Assembly: GCA_041082215.1 (NCBI GenBank)
Contig: JBDOIF010000095.1
Span: forward strand, 1-44,094
Direction: 5' to 3'
DNA length: 44,094 nt
Source of the DNA: Anaerolineae bacterium
GTDB lineage: Bacteria > Chloroflexota > Anaerolineae > B4-G1 > DUEL01
In this document: piece by piece, positions 29,441 through 39,572 of the stretch
Layout: the number at the start of each line of letters is the position of its first letter
Numbering within the stretch: the stretch's first letter is position 1
Position numbers and translations under genes: made by a program
The notes under the pieces: model-generated
What the model was told of the DNA's origin: nothing
The model's database searches: none
Seen by the model: the letters and a program-made list of their open reading frames with translations, nothing else

Positions 29441-32254
29441 ATGCATACACTGCACGTCGTCTCCCACACCCATTGGGATCGGGAATGGTACCTCACCTAC
29501 CAGCAATTTCGCTTCCGCCTGGTCCAGCTCGTGGAGGAGCTGTTGGAGATATTGGAAAAAGACCCCGCCTACCGTCACTTCACGCTGGATGGACAGGCGG
29601 TGATCCTGGAGGACGTGGTGGATGTGCGGCCCGACCTGGCGGAGTCCCTTCGCCGTCACATCCGGAGCGGTCGGCTTCTCATCGGCCCCTGGTACGTCCT
29701 TCCCGACGAGTTTCTGGTGAGTCCGGAGGCGCTGGTACGCAATCTCCTCCTGGGCCGACGGGTCTGCCGTGCCTGGGGGGATGGAATGGAGATCGGCTAC
29801 GTGCCGGATACCTTTGGCCATATCGGCCAGCTCCCCCAGCTCCTGCAAGGCTTCGACATCGAAGCGGCGGCCTTCGCCCGCGGCGCGGGGGACGCCCCCG
29901 CCCTCTTCCGCTGGGCCGCGCCCGATGGGACGGAGGTGCTGGCCTGCCATCTGCGGGACCACTACGACAATGCCGCCCGCCTGCCAGGAGACGGGGAGGG
30001 GGTCGCCCGCATGCTGGCGGCGGCGCGGGATAGCCTGGCCCCCCACTCCGCCTCCACCCACCTCCTCCTGATGCAGGGGACCGACCATATGCACCCCCGG
30101 GCCGACCTCCCCCGGCTGCTGGCCGAGGCGGACCGTCGGTTGCCGGATCGGGTGCTCCATTCCAGCCTTCCCGCCTATCTCGCAGGCGTGTGGGAGGAGC
30201 TGGGGGAAGAGGGGCTGGCCCGACTGGAGCTTCGTACTGGCGAGATGCGCAGCCCCGTCCGCTCGCCCATCCTCCCCGGCGTCCTCTCCACCCGGATGTG
30301 GATCAAGCAACGCAACCACGCCTGTCAGACACTGCTGGAGCGATGGGCCGAGCCGTTCGCCGCACTGGCGTCCATCGCGTCTCCGCGTCCTCCCCTCTCC
30401 GCGTCCTCCTACCTCCGCCTGGCCTGGCGCTATCTGCTCCAGAATCACCCCCACGACTCCATCTGCGGCTGCTCCATTGACCAGGTCCATCGGGAGATGG
30501 TAACCCGCTTTGATTGGTGCGAGCAGGTCGGAGAGGAGGTAGTGCGGACGGCGCTGGCGGCGCTGGCGGTGCAGGTGGATACCGGGGAGGGTGGGCTGCC
30601 GGCCCTGATCGTCTTTAACCCCTCCTCCACCACCCGCACCGACCGGGTGATCGCCCGCGTGGTGCCGCCTGTGGACCCCTCAGAGGTGGTGTTGCAGGCC
30701 CCTGATGGCACTCCCATTCCCTTTCGTGTGTTGCGCCACACCTTCCGTTCAGAGATGGAAATGTGCTTCGACCCGGAGACGATGGCCCAGATGGTAGCCC
30801 AGGCCGAGGCGAGCGGCGGCGTGGTCTGGGGGGAGTGGCGCATCGCCAGCCTCCAGGCCTGGGCCGCCGATGGCGTCGGGCACGTCGCCGTCGCTGTCAC
30901 CCGGAACCCCCTCCCCACCGGCTCGCTCCCCCAGGAGCCAGCCCGACAGCTCCAGGCCCTCCTGGCAGAAGGGGCCGTCCGTGAATACCGGGTCCGTATC
31001 CGGGAGGAGGAGGCGCTGGAGGTGGCCTTCGTCGCCCGGGGTGTGCCGCCGTTGGGCTACGCCGTCTACCGCTTCCTGCCCGGCACCCCTGGTCCCCAGG
31101 CCTCGGTCCCCAGCTCTGCCATCGAAAACGAGTTCTACCGCGTCGAGGCGGACCCGGAGACAGGGCGGCTGACGGTGAGGGATAAAGGGACCGGCTGGGT
31201 GCTCCCCGACTGTCACCGGCTGGTGGATGGGGGAGACCGGGGGGACGAGTACAACTACTGCCCGCCGGAACGGGACGTGCTGGTCGAATCGCCGGTCGCT
31301 CCCCCGACGGTGCGGTGGGAGGCGGATGAGGTGGGCCAGCGCCTGATCCTCCGGATGACCTACCGCGTACCGGGGGGACTGGACCCGACCGACCGCTCCG
31401 CCCGCAGCCGGGAGACGGCTGACCTGCCTGTGACGGTGGCGGTGACCCTCATGCCGGGGGTGCGGCGGGTGGATTTCGAGACCACGGTGGAGAATACCGC
31501 CCGCGACCACCGGCTGCGAGTCCACTTTCCGATCCCTCTCTCCGGCTGGCGCGCATGGGCTGAGGGCCACTGGGACGTGGTGGAATGGCCGGCCGAGCCG
31601 TTCGGCTCTGTCGAAGGATGGGCCGAGCAACCCGCTCCTACCCGCCCCCAGCGGGGGTGGACCTGCGTGTCGGACGGGCGGAGGGGGGTGACGGTGGCCA
31701 ACCGGGGGCTGCCGGAGGTAGAGGTGGTACGGACCGATACAGGGGCGGAGGTCGCGCTGACGCTGCTGCGGTGCGTAGGGTGGCTTTCCCGCGACGACCT
31801 CCCCTGCCGCCCCGGCCACGCCGGGCCGGGCCTGGAGGTGGAGGAGGCCCAGTGCATCGGTCGCCATACCTTCCGCTACGCCCTTATCCCCCATGCCGGG
31901 GACTGGCGGGCCGCTCTGCCTGAGGCCGAATCCTTCCAGAGCGACCTGCGAGCCGTCTCCACCCCAGCCCGTTCCGGCCCCCTCCCGCCTGTCCTCTCCT
32001 TTATCCGCGTGGAGCCGGAAAGCCTGCGGGTGAGCTGCCTGAAGTCACCGGAGGAGGGAGAAGGGCTGATCCTGCGGCTCTGGAACGCCGACCAGCAGCC
32101 AGTGGAGGGGCGGGTCCGGCTCTGGCGCCCCTTCGCCCGGGCAGTGCGGACAGATATGAAGGAGGAGGCTGCTGTGGAGCTGGCCCACGATGCCGACGAG
32201 GTCGCAATCATCGCCCGCGGGCGGGAAGTGATCACGCTCCAATTCACCTTTTAA
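29441..32254 (+). CDS. GH38 alpha-mannosidase / mannosylglycerate-hydrolase-like enzyme
   Basis: VSHTHWDREWY, FTLDGQ, IGPWY, PDTFGH, NHPHDSICGCS, GDEYNY. Confidence 0.93.
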   Translation: MHTLHVVSHTHWDREWYLTYQQFRFRLVQLVEELLEILEKDPAYRHFTLDGQAVILEDVVDVRPDLAESLRRHIRSGRLLIGPWYVLPDEFLVSPEALVRNLLLGRRVCRAWGDGMEIGYVPDTFGHIGQLPQLLQGFDIEAAAFARGAGDAPALFRWAAPDGTEVLACHLRDHYDNAARLPGDGEGVARMLAAARDSLAPHSASTHLLLMQGTDHMHPRADLPRLLAEADRRLPDRVLHSSLPAYLAGVWEELGEEGLARLELRTGEMRSPVRSPILPGVLSTRMWIKQRNHACQTLLERWAEPFAALASIASPRPPLSASSYLRLAWRYLLQNHPHDSICGCSIDQVHREMVTRFDWCEQVGEEVVRTALAALAVQVDTGEGGLPALIVFNPSSTTRTDRVIARVVPPVDPSEVVLQAPDGTPIPFRVLRHTFRSEMEMCFDPETMAQMVAQAEASGGVVWGEWRIASLQAWAADGVGHVAVAVTRNPLPTGSLPQEPARQLQALLAEGAVREYRVRIREEEALEVAFVARGVPPLGYAVYRFLPGTPGPQASVPSSAIENEFYRVEADPETGRLTVRDKGTGWVLPDCHRLVDGGDRGDEYNYCPPERDVLVESPVAPPTVRWEADEVGQRLILRMTYRVPGGLDPTDRSARSRETADLPVTVAVTLMPGVRRVDFETTVENTARDHRLRVHFPIPLSGWRAWAEGHWDVVEWPAEPFGSVEGWAEQPAPTRPQRGWTCVSDGRRGVTVANRGLPEVEVVRTDTGAEVALTLLRCVGWLSRDDLPCRPGHAGPGLEVEEAQCIGRHTFRYALIPHAGDWRAALPEAESFQSDLRAVSTPARSGPLPPVLSFIRVEPESLRVSCLKSPEEGEGLILRLWNADQQPVEGRVRLWRPFARAVRTDMKEEAAVELAHDADEVAIIARGREVITLQFTF

Positions 32255-32313
32255 GTCAGGACTTATGTGGAACGTCACTCCGCTGCACCTTTTGCGGTCA
32301 GGATGATGGCCTG

Positions 32314-33444
32314 ATGCGGGACCCGGGGCGATTTTCCCTTGATAAGCTCTGCTGCTCTGTGCTTCCCCGCCTTGTCCTGTTCCTTCTGCTCCTCTGGCTC
32401 CTCCGTCCTTCTTCCCCTCGCACCTTCATCGGCCCGCCGCAGGAGGTGGTCACCACCAACCCCCTCGTCGGCGTCCACACCCGCCTCACCGACGAGGTGG
32501 AGGAGTGGAAGGTCCGGCGGACGCTCCAGATGGTGCGGGAGATGGGTGCGCCCTGGATTGTGGAGTTCTTCCCCTGGGCCTACTACGAACCGCAGCCGGG
32601 CCGCTTCGACTGGTCCCATGCCGATATGGTGATAGACCTGGCCCGTGCCCAGGGGCTGACGGTGATCGCCCGGCTCGGCTGGGTGCCGGGATGGGCCCGC
32701 CCCGACGAAACCACCTTCACCTACCTCGATTCCGACGGATACGACGACTTTGCCGCTTTCGTCGCCGCCTTCATCGCCCGCTACCGGGGGCAGGTGGAGC
32801 ACGTGGTCATCTGGAACGAGCCGAACCTGAGCTTCGAGTGGGGGTACCGGCCGGTGGACCCCGCTGGCTATGTGGAGATGCTGCGGGTGGTCTATCCGGC
32901 GGCCCACGGGGCCAACCCGGACGTGGCGGTGCTGGCCGGTGCGCTGGCCCCCACGCTGGAGCCGGTCGGCAGCTCCGCCGGCCTGAACGACCTGGACTAT
33001 CTGGAGGGGATGTACGCCGCCGGCGCCGCCCCCTATTTCGACGGCCTGGCCGTCCACGCCTACGGCCTGGGCTTTCCGCCGGAGGCCGGGCCTGCGCCGG
33101 ACGTGATCAACTTCCGTCGCACCGAACTCCTGCGGGCGGTGATGGAGGCCCACGGCGACGGGGAGAAGCCCGTCTACATTACTGAGGCTGGCTGGAACGA
33201 CCATCCCCGCTGGACCCGCGCCGTCCGCCCCGCCCAGCGGGTCGCCTACACTGTCGCTGCCTATGAGTGGGCCCGCCAGCACTGGCCCTGGTGCCGCGTG
33301 GTGGCGATGTGGGCCTTCCGCTACCCCGCCCCCCTCCACAACTACCAGGATTACTACACCTTCGTCACCGACGACTTCCGGCCCAAGCCCGTCTACCTGG
33401 CGGTGCAGGCGTATACCCGGGGGGAAATGAGCAATGACCAGTGA
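32314..33444 (+). CDS. Membrane-anchored clan GH-A glycoside hydrolase
   Basis: N-terminal hydrophobic anchor; WNEPN acid/base and ITEAGW nucleophile motifs; start uncertain. Confidence 0.85.
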   Translation: MRDPGRFSLDKLCCSVLPRLVLFLLLLWLLRPSSPRTFIGPPQEVVTTNPLVGVHTRLTDEVEEWKVRRTLQMVREMGAPWIVEFFPWAYYEPQPGRFDWSHADMVIDLARAQGLTVIARLGWVPGWARPDETTFTYLDSDGYDDFAAFVAAFIARYRGQVEHVVIWNEPNLSFEWGYRPVDPAGYVEMLRVVYPAAHGANPDVAVLAGALAPTLEPVGSSAGLNDLDYLEGMYAAGAAPYFDGLAVHAYGLGFPPEAGPAPDVINFRRTELLRAVMEAHGDGEKPVYITEAGWNDHPRWTRAVRPAQRVAYTVAAYEWARQHWPWCRVVAMWAFRYPAPLHNYQDYYTFVTDDFRPKPVYLAVQAYTRGEMSNDQ

Positions 33445-34288
33445 GTCAATGGCCAATGAATTCATAAACAAGAATAACAATCTTTTCTATTTTCTTGCCT
33501 TATTATTCATTTTTCATTTTTCATTTTTCATTGTCCTGATCGCCTGCCGTCCCTCATCCGACGCGCTGGACCGGGTGCTGGAGAGCAGGGTGTTGCGCGT
33601 GGGAATGGACGCCAGCTTCCCGCCGTTTGAGTACGTGGATGGGGAGGGGAACCTGGTGGGGTTCGATGTGGACCTGGCCCGGGAGCTGGCGGCACGGCTG
33701 GGGGTGGAGCCGCAGTTCGTGGCCAACCTCCCCTACGACGGCCTCTACGACGCCCTCACCGCTGGGCAGGTGGACGTGGTGATCTCCGCCCTCTATGCCG
33801 ACCCCGCCCGGACTGCCGACTTCGCCTATTCCACCCCCTACTTCGACGCCGGTCAGGTGCTGGTGGTGCCTGGGGATGCCGAAGGGATCGGCGGGATGGA
33901 GGACCTGGCGGGGCGGACGCTGGCGGTGGAGTTCGGCAGCGCAGGGGACGTGGAGGCGCGGGCCTGGTCGCAGCGGCTGACGAACCTCTCCATCCTCCCG
34001 TGCGCGACCGCCGCAGAGGCACTGGCAAAAGTGGCAGCGGGGGAGGCGGACGCGGCGCTGGTGGACCATCTCTCTGCGTTGGCCTGGACAGGGGAGGGCC
34101 TGCGTGTGGTGGGGGAGCCGGTGACGGAGGAGCCTTACGCCGTCGCGGTCCGGCGGCAGGACCGGCATCTCCTGCGGGCCGTCAACGAGGCGCTGGAGGG
34201 GATGGGAGCGGACGGCACGCTGGACCGGCTGCAGGAGCGATGGTTCGGCCCCACCCGCTCATTTGTGTTCTCCGTCCCCTTGTGGTAG
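33434..34288 (+). CDS. Polar amino-acid ABC substrate-binding lipoprotein (family 3)
   Basis: Lipobox LIAC; LRVGMDASFPPFE, GFDVDLA, YSTPY; start at 33434 or 33449. Confidence 0.88.
   Translation: MTSESMANEFINKNNNLFYFLALLFIFHFSFFIVLIACRPSSDALDRVLESRVLRVGMDASFPPFEYVDGEGNLVGFDVDLARELAARLGVEPQFVANLPYDGLYDALTAGQVDVVISALYADPARTADFAYSTPYFDAGQVLVVPGDAEGIGGMEDLAGRTLAVEFGSAGDVEARAWSQRLTNLSILPCATAAEALAKVAAGEADAALVDHLSALAWTGEGLRVVGEPVTEEPYAVAVRRQDRHLLRAVNEALEGMGADGTLDRLQERWFGPTRSFVFSVPLW
33506..33533. repeat. 7-bp tandem repeat TTCATTT x4 inside the signal-peptide coding region
   Basis: ttcattt ttcattt ttcattt ttcattg; loosely complementary AATGRNC-like units at 33426-33460. Confidence 0.8.
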
Positions 34289-34328
34289 AAACGGCATAGA
34301 TTCGGACAACAATTAGAGTCAGGGAGAA

Positions 34329-35537
34329 ATGAACACACAATACTACATCGAACTGGAAGAGACTTTTGGCGCCCACAACTACAAACCGCTGGATGTGGTC
34401 ATCACCCGGGCGGAGGGGGTCTGGGTGTGGGATGTGGAAGGGAGGCGGTATCTGGATTTCCTGAGCGCCTATTCGGCGGTCAATCAGGGCCACTGCCATC
34501 CCCGCATCCTGCGGGCGCTGGTGGAGCAGGCGCAGCGGGTTACCCTGACCTCCCGCGCCTTCCGCAACGACCAGCTCCCCCTGCTGGAAAAGGAGCTCTG
34601 CGAGCTGACGGGCTACGAGATGATGCTGCCGATGAACTCCGGTGCAGAGGTGGTGGAGACGGCGCTGAAGGCGGCTCGCAAGTGGGGGTACACCGTCCGG
34701 GGGGTCCCGGCCGACCGGGCGGAGATCATCGCCTGCGCTGGCAACTTCCACGGCCGGACCATAACGGTCATCAGCTTTTCCACCGAGCCGCAGTACCGGG
34801 AGGGCTTCGGGCCGTTCACGCCGGGCTTTGTCACCATCCCTTACGGTGACGCCGACGCGCTGGAAGCCGCCATCACCCCCCACACCGTTGCCTTCCTGGT
34901 GGAGCCAATCCAGGGGGAGGGGGGCGTCGTCATCCCGCCGCAGGGGTATTTGAAGCGTGTGCGGGAGACCTGCACCCGCCACAACGTCCTCCTCATCGCC
35001 GACGAAATCCAGACCGGCCTGGGGCGCACCGGCCGGCTTTTCGCCTGCGATTGGGAGGGGGTCCGACCGGATGTGGTGGCGGTCGGCAAGGCGCTCTCCG
35101 GCGGCTTCTACCCCGTCTCGGCGGTGCTGGCCTCCCGGGAGGTGCTGGGGGTCTTCCGTCCCGGTGACCACGGCTCCACCTTTGGCGGCAACCCTCTGGG
35201 CTGTGCGGTGGCCCGGGAGGCGCTCAGGGTGCTGGTGGAAGAGGGGCTGATCCAGCGGGCCGACGAAATGGGCCGATACCTTCTGGGCCGGCTGGCCCGC
35301 ATCGAAAGCCCTTATGTGAAGGAAGTGCGGGGCAGAGGGCTGCTCATCGGCGTGGAGCTGGTGCCGGAGGCAGGAGGCGCCCGCCGTTTCTGCGAGGCGT
35401 TAAAGGAGCAGGGGCTTCTCTGCAAGGAGACCCACGACAACGTCATCCGCTTCGCGCCGCCGCTGGTGGTGACGCGGGAAGAGCTGGATTGGGCGCTGGA
35501 GCGGATCGAGCCGGTGCTGATGGGCCAGCGCTGGTAG
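34329..35537 (+). CDS. rocD: Ornithine--oxo-acid aminotransferase
   Basis: [62 protein letters not shown]. Confidence 0.96.
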   Translation: MNTQYYIELEETFGAHNYKPLDVVITRAEGVWVWDVEGRRYLDFLSAYSAVNQGHCHPRILRALVEQAQRVTLTSRAFRNDQLPLLEKELCELTGYEMMLPMNSGAEVVETALKAARKWGYTVRGVPADRAEIIACAGNFHGRTITVISFSTEPQYREGFGPFTPGFVTIPYGDADALEAAITPHTVAFLVEPIQGEGGVVIPPQGYLKRVRETCTRHNVLLIADEIQTGLGRTGRLFACDWEGVRPDVVAVGKALSGGFYPVSAVLASREVLGVFRPGDHGSTFGGNPLGCAVAREALRVLVEEGLIQRADEMGRYLLGRLARIESPYVKEVRGRGLLIGVELVPEAGGARRFCEALKEQGLLCKETHDNVIRFAPPLVVTREELDWALERIEPVLMGQRW

Positions 35538-35583
35538 GGGCCGACCTCGTGTCGGCCCCGTGTTGGCCCCGTGTGGCCCCTAT
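35534..35583. repeat. GTAG-type REP with tandemly amplified right arm
   Basis: GTAGGGGCCGAC ctcgt GTCGGCCCC then gtgttggcccc gtgtggcccc tat; holds the stop codons of both convergent genes. Confidence 0.75.
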
Positions 35584-36611
35584 GGGGTGGGCCGGTCCGG
35601 ATACAGGTCTGCCACCGCCTCCGGTGCCAGGAAGGCGATAGCGGCGGCGCGGCCCCGGATCGCGTCCGGAACCAGCGTGACCCCCGCGACCCGTTCCACC
35701 TCCTGCTGGAGGGTCGCCGCCGGCACGGCCAGGCCGATCAGCCGCCGGTCCTCGCTCAGCCAGTAGCGGACCACAGCCGGCCCGTCCACGAACGCCCCCT
35801 GAGCGGGATCCCAGATGGAAAGGAACGGCGTGTATTGCCCTCCTTCCAGAGTGTAATACAGTCCCACCGCCGCTTCATCCCCCAGGTCGGTGTTGATGGG
35901 CCGTGTGCCGGGGGGGCGGCCGGTGGACGGGTTCCCATCCACATCCAGAATGAAAAGCCAGTCTATGTTCATCAGCGGGGCCTCCGGCAGAGGCTCGTAG
36001 AGGGCGATCCAGAGGACCGCTTCCCCTTCCTGTGCCCATTCGGCCAGCCCGGCGGGCAGCCCCTCTGCCAGCCCCAGCGTGATCCGCAGGTCCGGTGCGA
36101 CGCTGGCGTTCTGGATATCCAGCCCTTGCGGTGGCTGTGCCACCGGTCCCCCGCTGGCGTAGAAGACCACATCCCCCTGGGGGTCGGCGGCGGGGATGGG
36201 GGTTGGCTCCGGCGTCGGCGTGGCGGTGGGGGTCGGCGTGGGGGAAGGGACCGGCGTGGGGGTGGGGGTGCAGGCAGCGATGTGGACCAGCGCCCGGCCC
36301 CGTGTCCCGTCCGGCCCTGCTGCCTGGACCTCGTAGTCGCCGGGGAGCGTGCCGGCGGTGTAGATACCCTCGGCGGAGATTTGCCCACCGGTAGCCGCCC
36401 ACTCCACGTCGCTCACGTGCGGGTCGGTCGAAAAAGCGGCCTGTTCCCCCGGGCAGAGGTTCACGCCGGCCGGGAGAATGCTGAACGGGGGGCCGCTCTC
36501 GCCCGGTCGGACCACCAGGCCCAGCACCGCAGCCATCCCGCTCAGGACGACGACGACGACGACCGCGGCCGTTACCCAGAAGAGGACTTGTCGGACCTGT
36601 TCATTGAGCAT
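35580..36611 (-). CDS. Membrane-anchored hypothetical protein (Ig-like domain, PT linker, DOMON/CBM9-like domain)
   Basis: N-terminal TM; WAATGGQISAEGIYTA; PT-rich linker; DPQGD and LDVDGNPSTG motifs; overlaps the end of tilS. Confidence 0.75.
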   Translation of the reverse strand: MLNEQVRQVLFWVTAAVVVVVVLSGMAAVLGLVVRPGESGPPFSILPAGVNLCPGEQAAFSTDPHVSDVEWAATGGQISAEGIYTAGTLPGDYEVQAAGPDGTRGRALVHIAACTPTPTPVPSPTPTPTATPTPEPTPIPAADPQGDVVFYASGGPVAQPPQGLDIQNASVAPDLRITLGLAEGLPAGLAEWAQEGEAVLWIALYEPLPEAPLMNIDWLFILDVDGNPSTGRPPGTRPINTDLGDEAAVGLYYTLEGGQYTPFLSIWDPAQGAFVDGPAVVRYWLSEDRRLIGLAVPAATLQQEVERVAGVTLVPDAIRGRAAAIAFLAPEAVADLYPDRPTP

Positions 36612-38091
36612 GCTTGACCTCTTGGAATCGGAACCGGGCTATACGACGGGTGGCAGGGCCAATGCGTGCGGTCTCTGAGACCCGCCAGCCGCAGACCCAG
36701 GCGATCTCCTCTCCCCCCACCAGCAATGGCAGACGATCACGCCAGGCGCGGGGGACCCGGGCGTTGATCATCCAGTCGGTCAGGCGGGGGGCGTGGCCGC
36801 CCATCCCCTGTGGGCGGAACCGATCCCCGCTGCGGCGGGTGCGGAGGAGCAGGGGGGAAGCCAGTGCATCGGCGTCCAGGTAGGCGGTCCACCGGTCCGG
36901 ATTGGCCTCCACCTCCTCCCGCGTCCATATCTCTGGCAGCGTTGCCTCCAGGACCCATCTCCCTTCCGGCAGAGGGGTGGTGCCGGGGAGGGTCACCTCC
37001 ACCTCCCGGCCCGGGGGCAGGGTCGGCCCTTCCGGCGGCGGCTCGTACCCTTCCCCTGCCACTGTGAGCCGGTCATACCCCACCGTGAGCATCAGGCCTC
37101 CGGGCAGGGTCGCCTGGAGGCCGGCCTCCCCTTTCTGGGCCACGCGGACCGCGTTCTCCACGTGGACGAAATCCACATCGCGGAGGTGGGGCCGCAGCCG
37201 ATAGGCCGCCTCCCGGATCAGCGCCCGCTGGAGGGAAAGGGGCTGGGTCTGCCAGGCAACCCGGTCAAATATGACGGCCTCCCCCGTCGCCTCCACCGTC
37301 ACCTCTTCCCATGCCCAATCCCGCATCCTTTCCAGGAGATCGTAATCGGCAGCGACGACCTCAGCGGTGTGGCACAGCCGGTGGCGGATATGGGGGTTGT
37401 AGGTTTCCAGAAGTGGGAGCAGCTCGTATCGGAGACGATTGCGGAAGAAGGTGGTATCCAGGTTGGACCGGTCGAAGCGGGGCTGGAGCCCCTGTTCGGC
37501 GCAGTACTGCTCGATGGCGGCGCGGGGGGTTCCCAGAAGGGGACGGACGAGGAGGGGAAGAGAGGGGGGAAGGGCGAAGCCAGCAAGCCCTTCCAGCAGA
37601 CGATAGGTGGAGAGGGGGGTGGCGGGGAGCATCCCCCGCAGCCCGGCGAGGCCGGCCCCCCGCAGGAAGTGCATCAGCACCGTCTCCGCCTGGTCGTCGG
37701 CGTTGTGGCCCACGGCGATTCTGGCAGCGCCCACCTCTCCGGCGACGTGGGCCAGAAAGGCGTACCGAACCCGGCGGGCGGCCTCCTCAAAGGCCAGTTT
37801 ATGGCTTCGGGCGATCTCCGGCACATCCTGCCGGCTCACCGTAGCGGGGAGGCCCCATTGTCGGGCCAGGCTGGCCACAAAAGCGGCATCGGCGTCCGCC
37901 TCTTCCCCCCGTGCCCCGTGGTGGAGATGGGCCACGTGGAGCCGGAGCCGGTATGGCTCCCGCAGCCGCAGGAGCAGGTGGAGCAGGCAGAGGGAATCCG
38001 GCCCCCCGGAGACGCCGACCACCACCCCATCGCCGACGGCCAGCAGGCCGTGCCGTTCGATATAGGCGCGGACCCGATCCAGAATGTCCAC
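36601..38091 (-). CDS. tilS: tRNA(Ile)-lysidine synthetase
   Basis: VSGGPDS PP-loop, EEAARRVRY, HNADDQAET, RPLL, RNRLR, TilS C-terminal domain; GTG start. Confidence 0.96.
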   Translation of the reverse strand: MDILDRVRAYIERHGLLAVGDGVVVGVSGGPDSLCLLHLLLRLREPYRLRLHVAHLHHGARGEEADADAAFVASLARQWGLPATVSRQDVPEIARSHKLAFEEAARRVRYAFLAHVAGEVGAARIAVGHNADDQAETVLMHFLRGAGLAGLRGMLPATPLSTYRLLEGLAGFALPPSLPLLVRPLLGTPRAAIEQYCAEQGLQPRFDRSNLDTTFFRNRLRYELLPLLETYNPHIRHRLCHTAEVVAADYDLLERMRDWAWEEVTVEATGEAVIFDRVAWQTQPLSLQRALIREAAYRLRPHLRDVDFVHVENAVRVAQKGEAGLQATLPGGLMLTVGYDRLTVAGEGYEPPPEGPTLPPGREVEVTLPGTTPLPEGRWVLEATLPEIWTREEVEANPDRWTAYLDADALASPLLLRTRRSGDRFRPQGMGGHAPRLTDWMINARVPRAWRDRLPLLVGGEEIAWVCGWRVSETARIGPATRRIARFRFQEVKHAQ

Positions 38092-38351
38092 TACGGCTCT
38101 TCCAGCACCCTGTAGACCCGATCCCCCACCCGGGCACGGTAGGCCACCCGGATACCGACCTCGTCGCCTGGGCCGGCCTTGCCCACGTTCTGGTGCCAGA
38201 TTTGCATGGAGGTGACCTGCTGGGTGAAGTCGGTGGTGTGGCCACGCACACGGATGGTGTCGCCCACAGCCAGGTGGCCGGTGAGCGTCACCCCCATGAC
38301 GCTGATTTTCTGATACCAGTGGGATACCCGTCCGACCAGCTCCTCCTTCAT
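38091..38351 (-). CDS. Stand-alone translation-factor-type beta-barrel protein (86 aa)
   Basis: VGRVSHWY, LAVGDTI, FTQQVTSMQI, AGPGDEVGI, GDRVY; SD GGAG; TAGTG overlap with tilS. Confidence 0.85.
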   Translation of the reverse strand: MKEELVGRVSHWYQKISVMGVTLTGHLAVGDTIRVRGHTTDFTQQVTSMQIWHQNVGKAGPGDEVGIRVAYRARVGDRVYRVLEEP

Positions 38352-38387
38352 CTCCTCCCCTCCTTCAGGGCCTATCTGAAAAACCCC

Positions 38388-38448
38388 GTGGGGCGGCCTT
38401 CCAAGGCCGTCCGGGCAGGATGCAGGACAGGCTGAAAGCCTGTCCTAC
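38388..38448. repeat. REP doublet
   Basis: gtggggcggccttccaaggccgtcc and gcaggacaggctgaaagcctgtcctac; contains the prfB stop codon. Confidence 0.75.
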
Positions 38449-39549
38449 AGCCGTTTTCCAGAGCTTTGACCGACCGTTGCCCGCAGGTAGGCTTCCATAA
38501 AATCGTCCAGCCGCCCGTCCAGCACTGCCTGCGTGTTGCCGGTCTCATATCCCGTCCGGTGGTCCTTGACCATCTGGTAGGGGTGGAGGACGTAGGAGCG
38601 GATCTGGTTGCCCCATCCGGCGTCCACGTGCTCCCCTTTCAGCTCGGCCAGCTCCGCCTGCCGCTTCCGCTCCTCCAGCTCCATCAGCCGGGCGCGGAGG
38701 ACCCGCATCGCCATCTCCCGGTTCTGGGTCTGGGAACGTTCGTTCTGGCAGGAGACGATGATGCCGGTGGGGATGTGGGTGATACGGACGGCGGTCTCGT
38801 TTTTCTGCATATGCTGGCCGCCAGCGCTGGAGGACCGGAAGACCTCGATTTTGAGGTCGTTGGGGTCAATCTGGACGGAGGCGAATTCAGGCAGGTCGGG
38901 CCAGAGTTCCACCAGGACGAAGGAAGTGTGGCGGCGGTGGGCGGCGTCGAAGGGGGAGAGGCGGACCAGCCGGTGGACCCCCCGCTCGGAGCGGAGGTAG
39001 CCGTAGGCGTAGGGGCCGGAGATGGAAAGGGTGGCCCGTTTGATACCCGCCTCCTCTCCGACGAGGCGGTCCACCACTTCTGCCTGATACCCCCGCGACT
39101 CGGCCCAGCGGAGGTACATTCGCAGCAGCATCTCGGCGAAGTCCTGAGCGTCGGTGCCGCCGGCTCCGGCGTGGAGGGCCAGGAAGGCGTCTCCCCGGTC
39201 GTAGGGGCCGGAGAGGAGGAGGTGGAACTCCATCTTTTCCAGTCGCTTTTCCAGCTCCTCCGCCTCGGCGGCCAGTTCCTCCACCAGCTCCTCATCCCCC
39301 AGCTCGGCCAGCTCCAGCGCGTCGGCCACCCGCTGTTCCAGTTCGATCCACGGCTCGATTTCCTCTCGGAGCAGGGCCAGCCGCTGCATCGTCTGCTGAG
39401 CCGTCTCCGGATCGTCCCAGAAGCCCGACCGGGCGGCCTCTCTTTCCAGACGGGCGATCTCGTTTTCTTTAGCTGTTAATTCAAAGACGCCTCCGAAATT
39501 CGGCAAGCTGAGCCTGCAGGCCCGAAAGACGGTTGTACAGTTCCTCCAT
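38445..39549 (-). CDS. prfB: Peptide chain release factor 2, expressed by +1 programmed frameshift (join 39549..39484, 39482..38445; 367 aa)
   Basis: ATG 39549 with SD AAGGAG; 22 codons ending CTT-TGA; internal SD GGAGG (39494-39490); SPF and GGQ motifs in the +1 frame. Confidence 0.96.
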
Positions 39550-39572
39550 AAACACTCCTTAACGCAGGGAGA

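Noticed and set aside
38445..39549. prfB as a frameshifted pseudogene, or starting at 39506
   Set aside because: An intact programmed-frameshift cassette explains the break.
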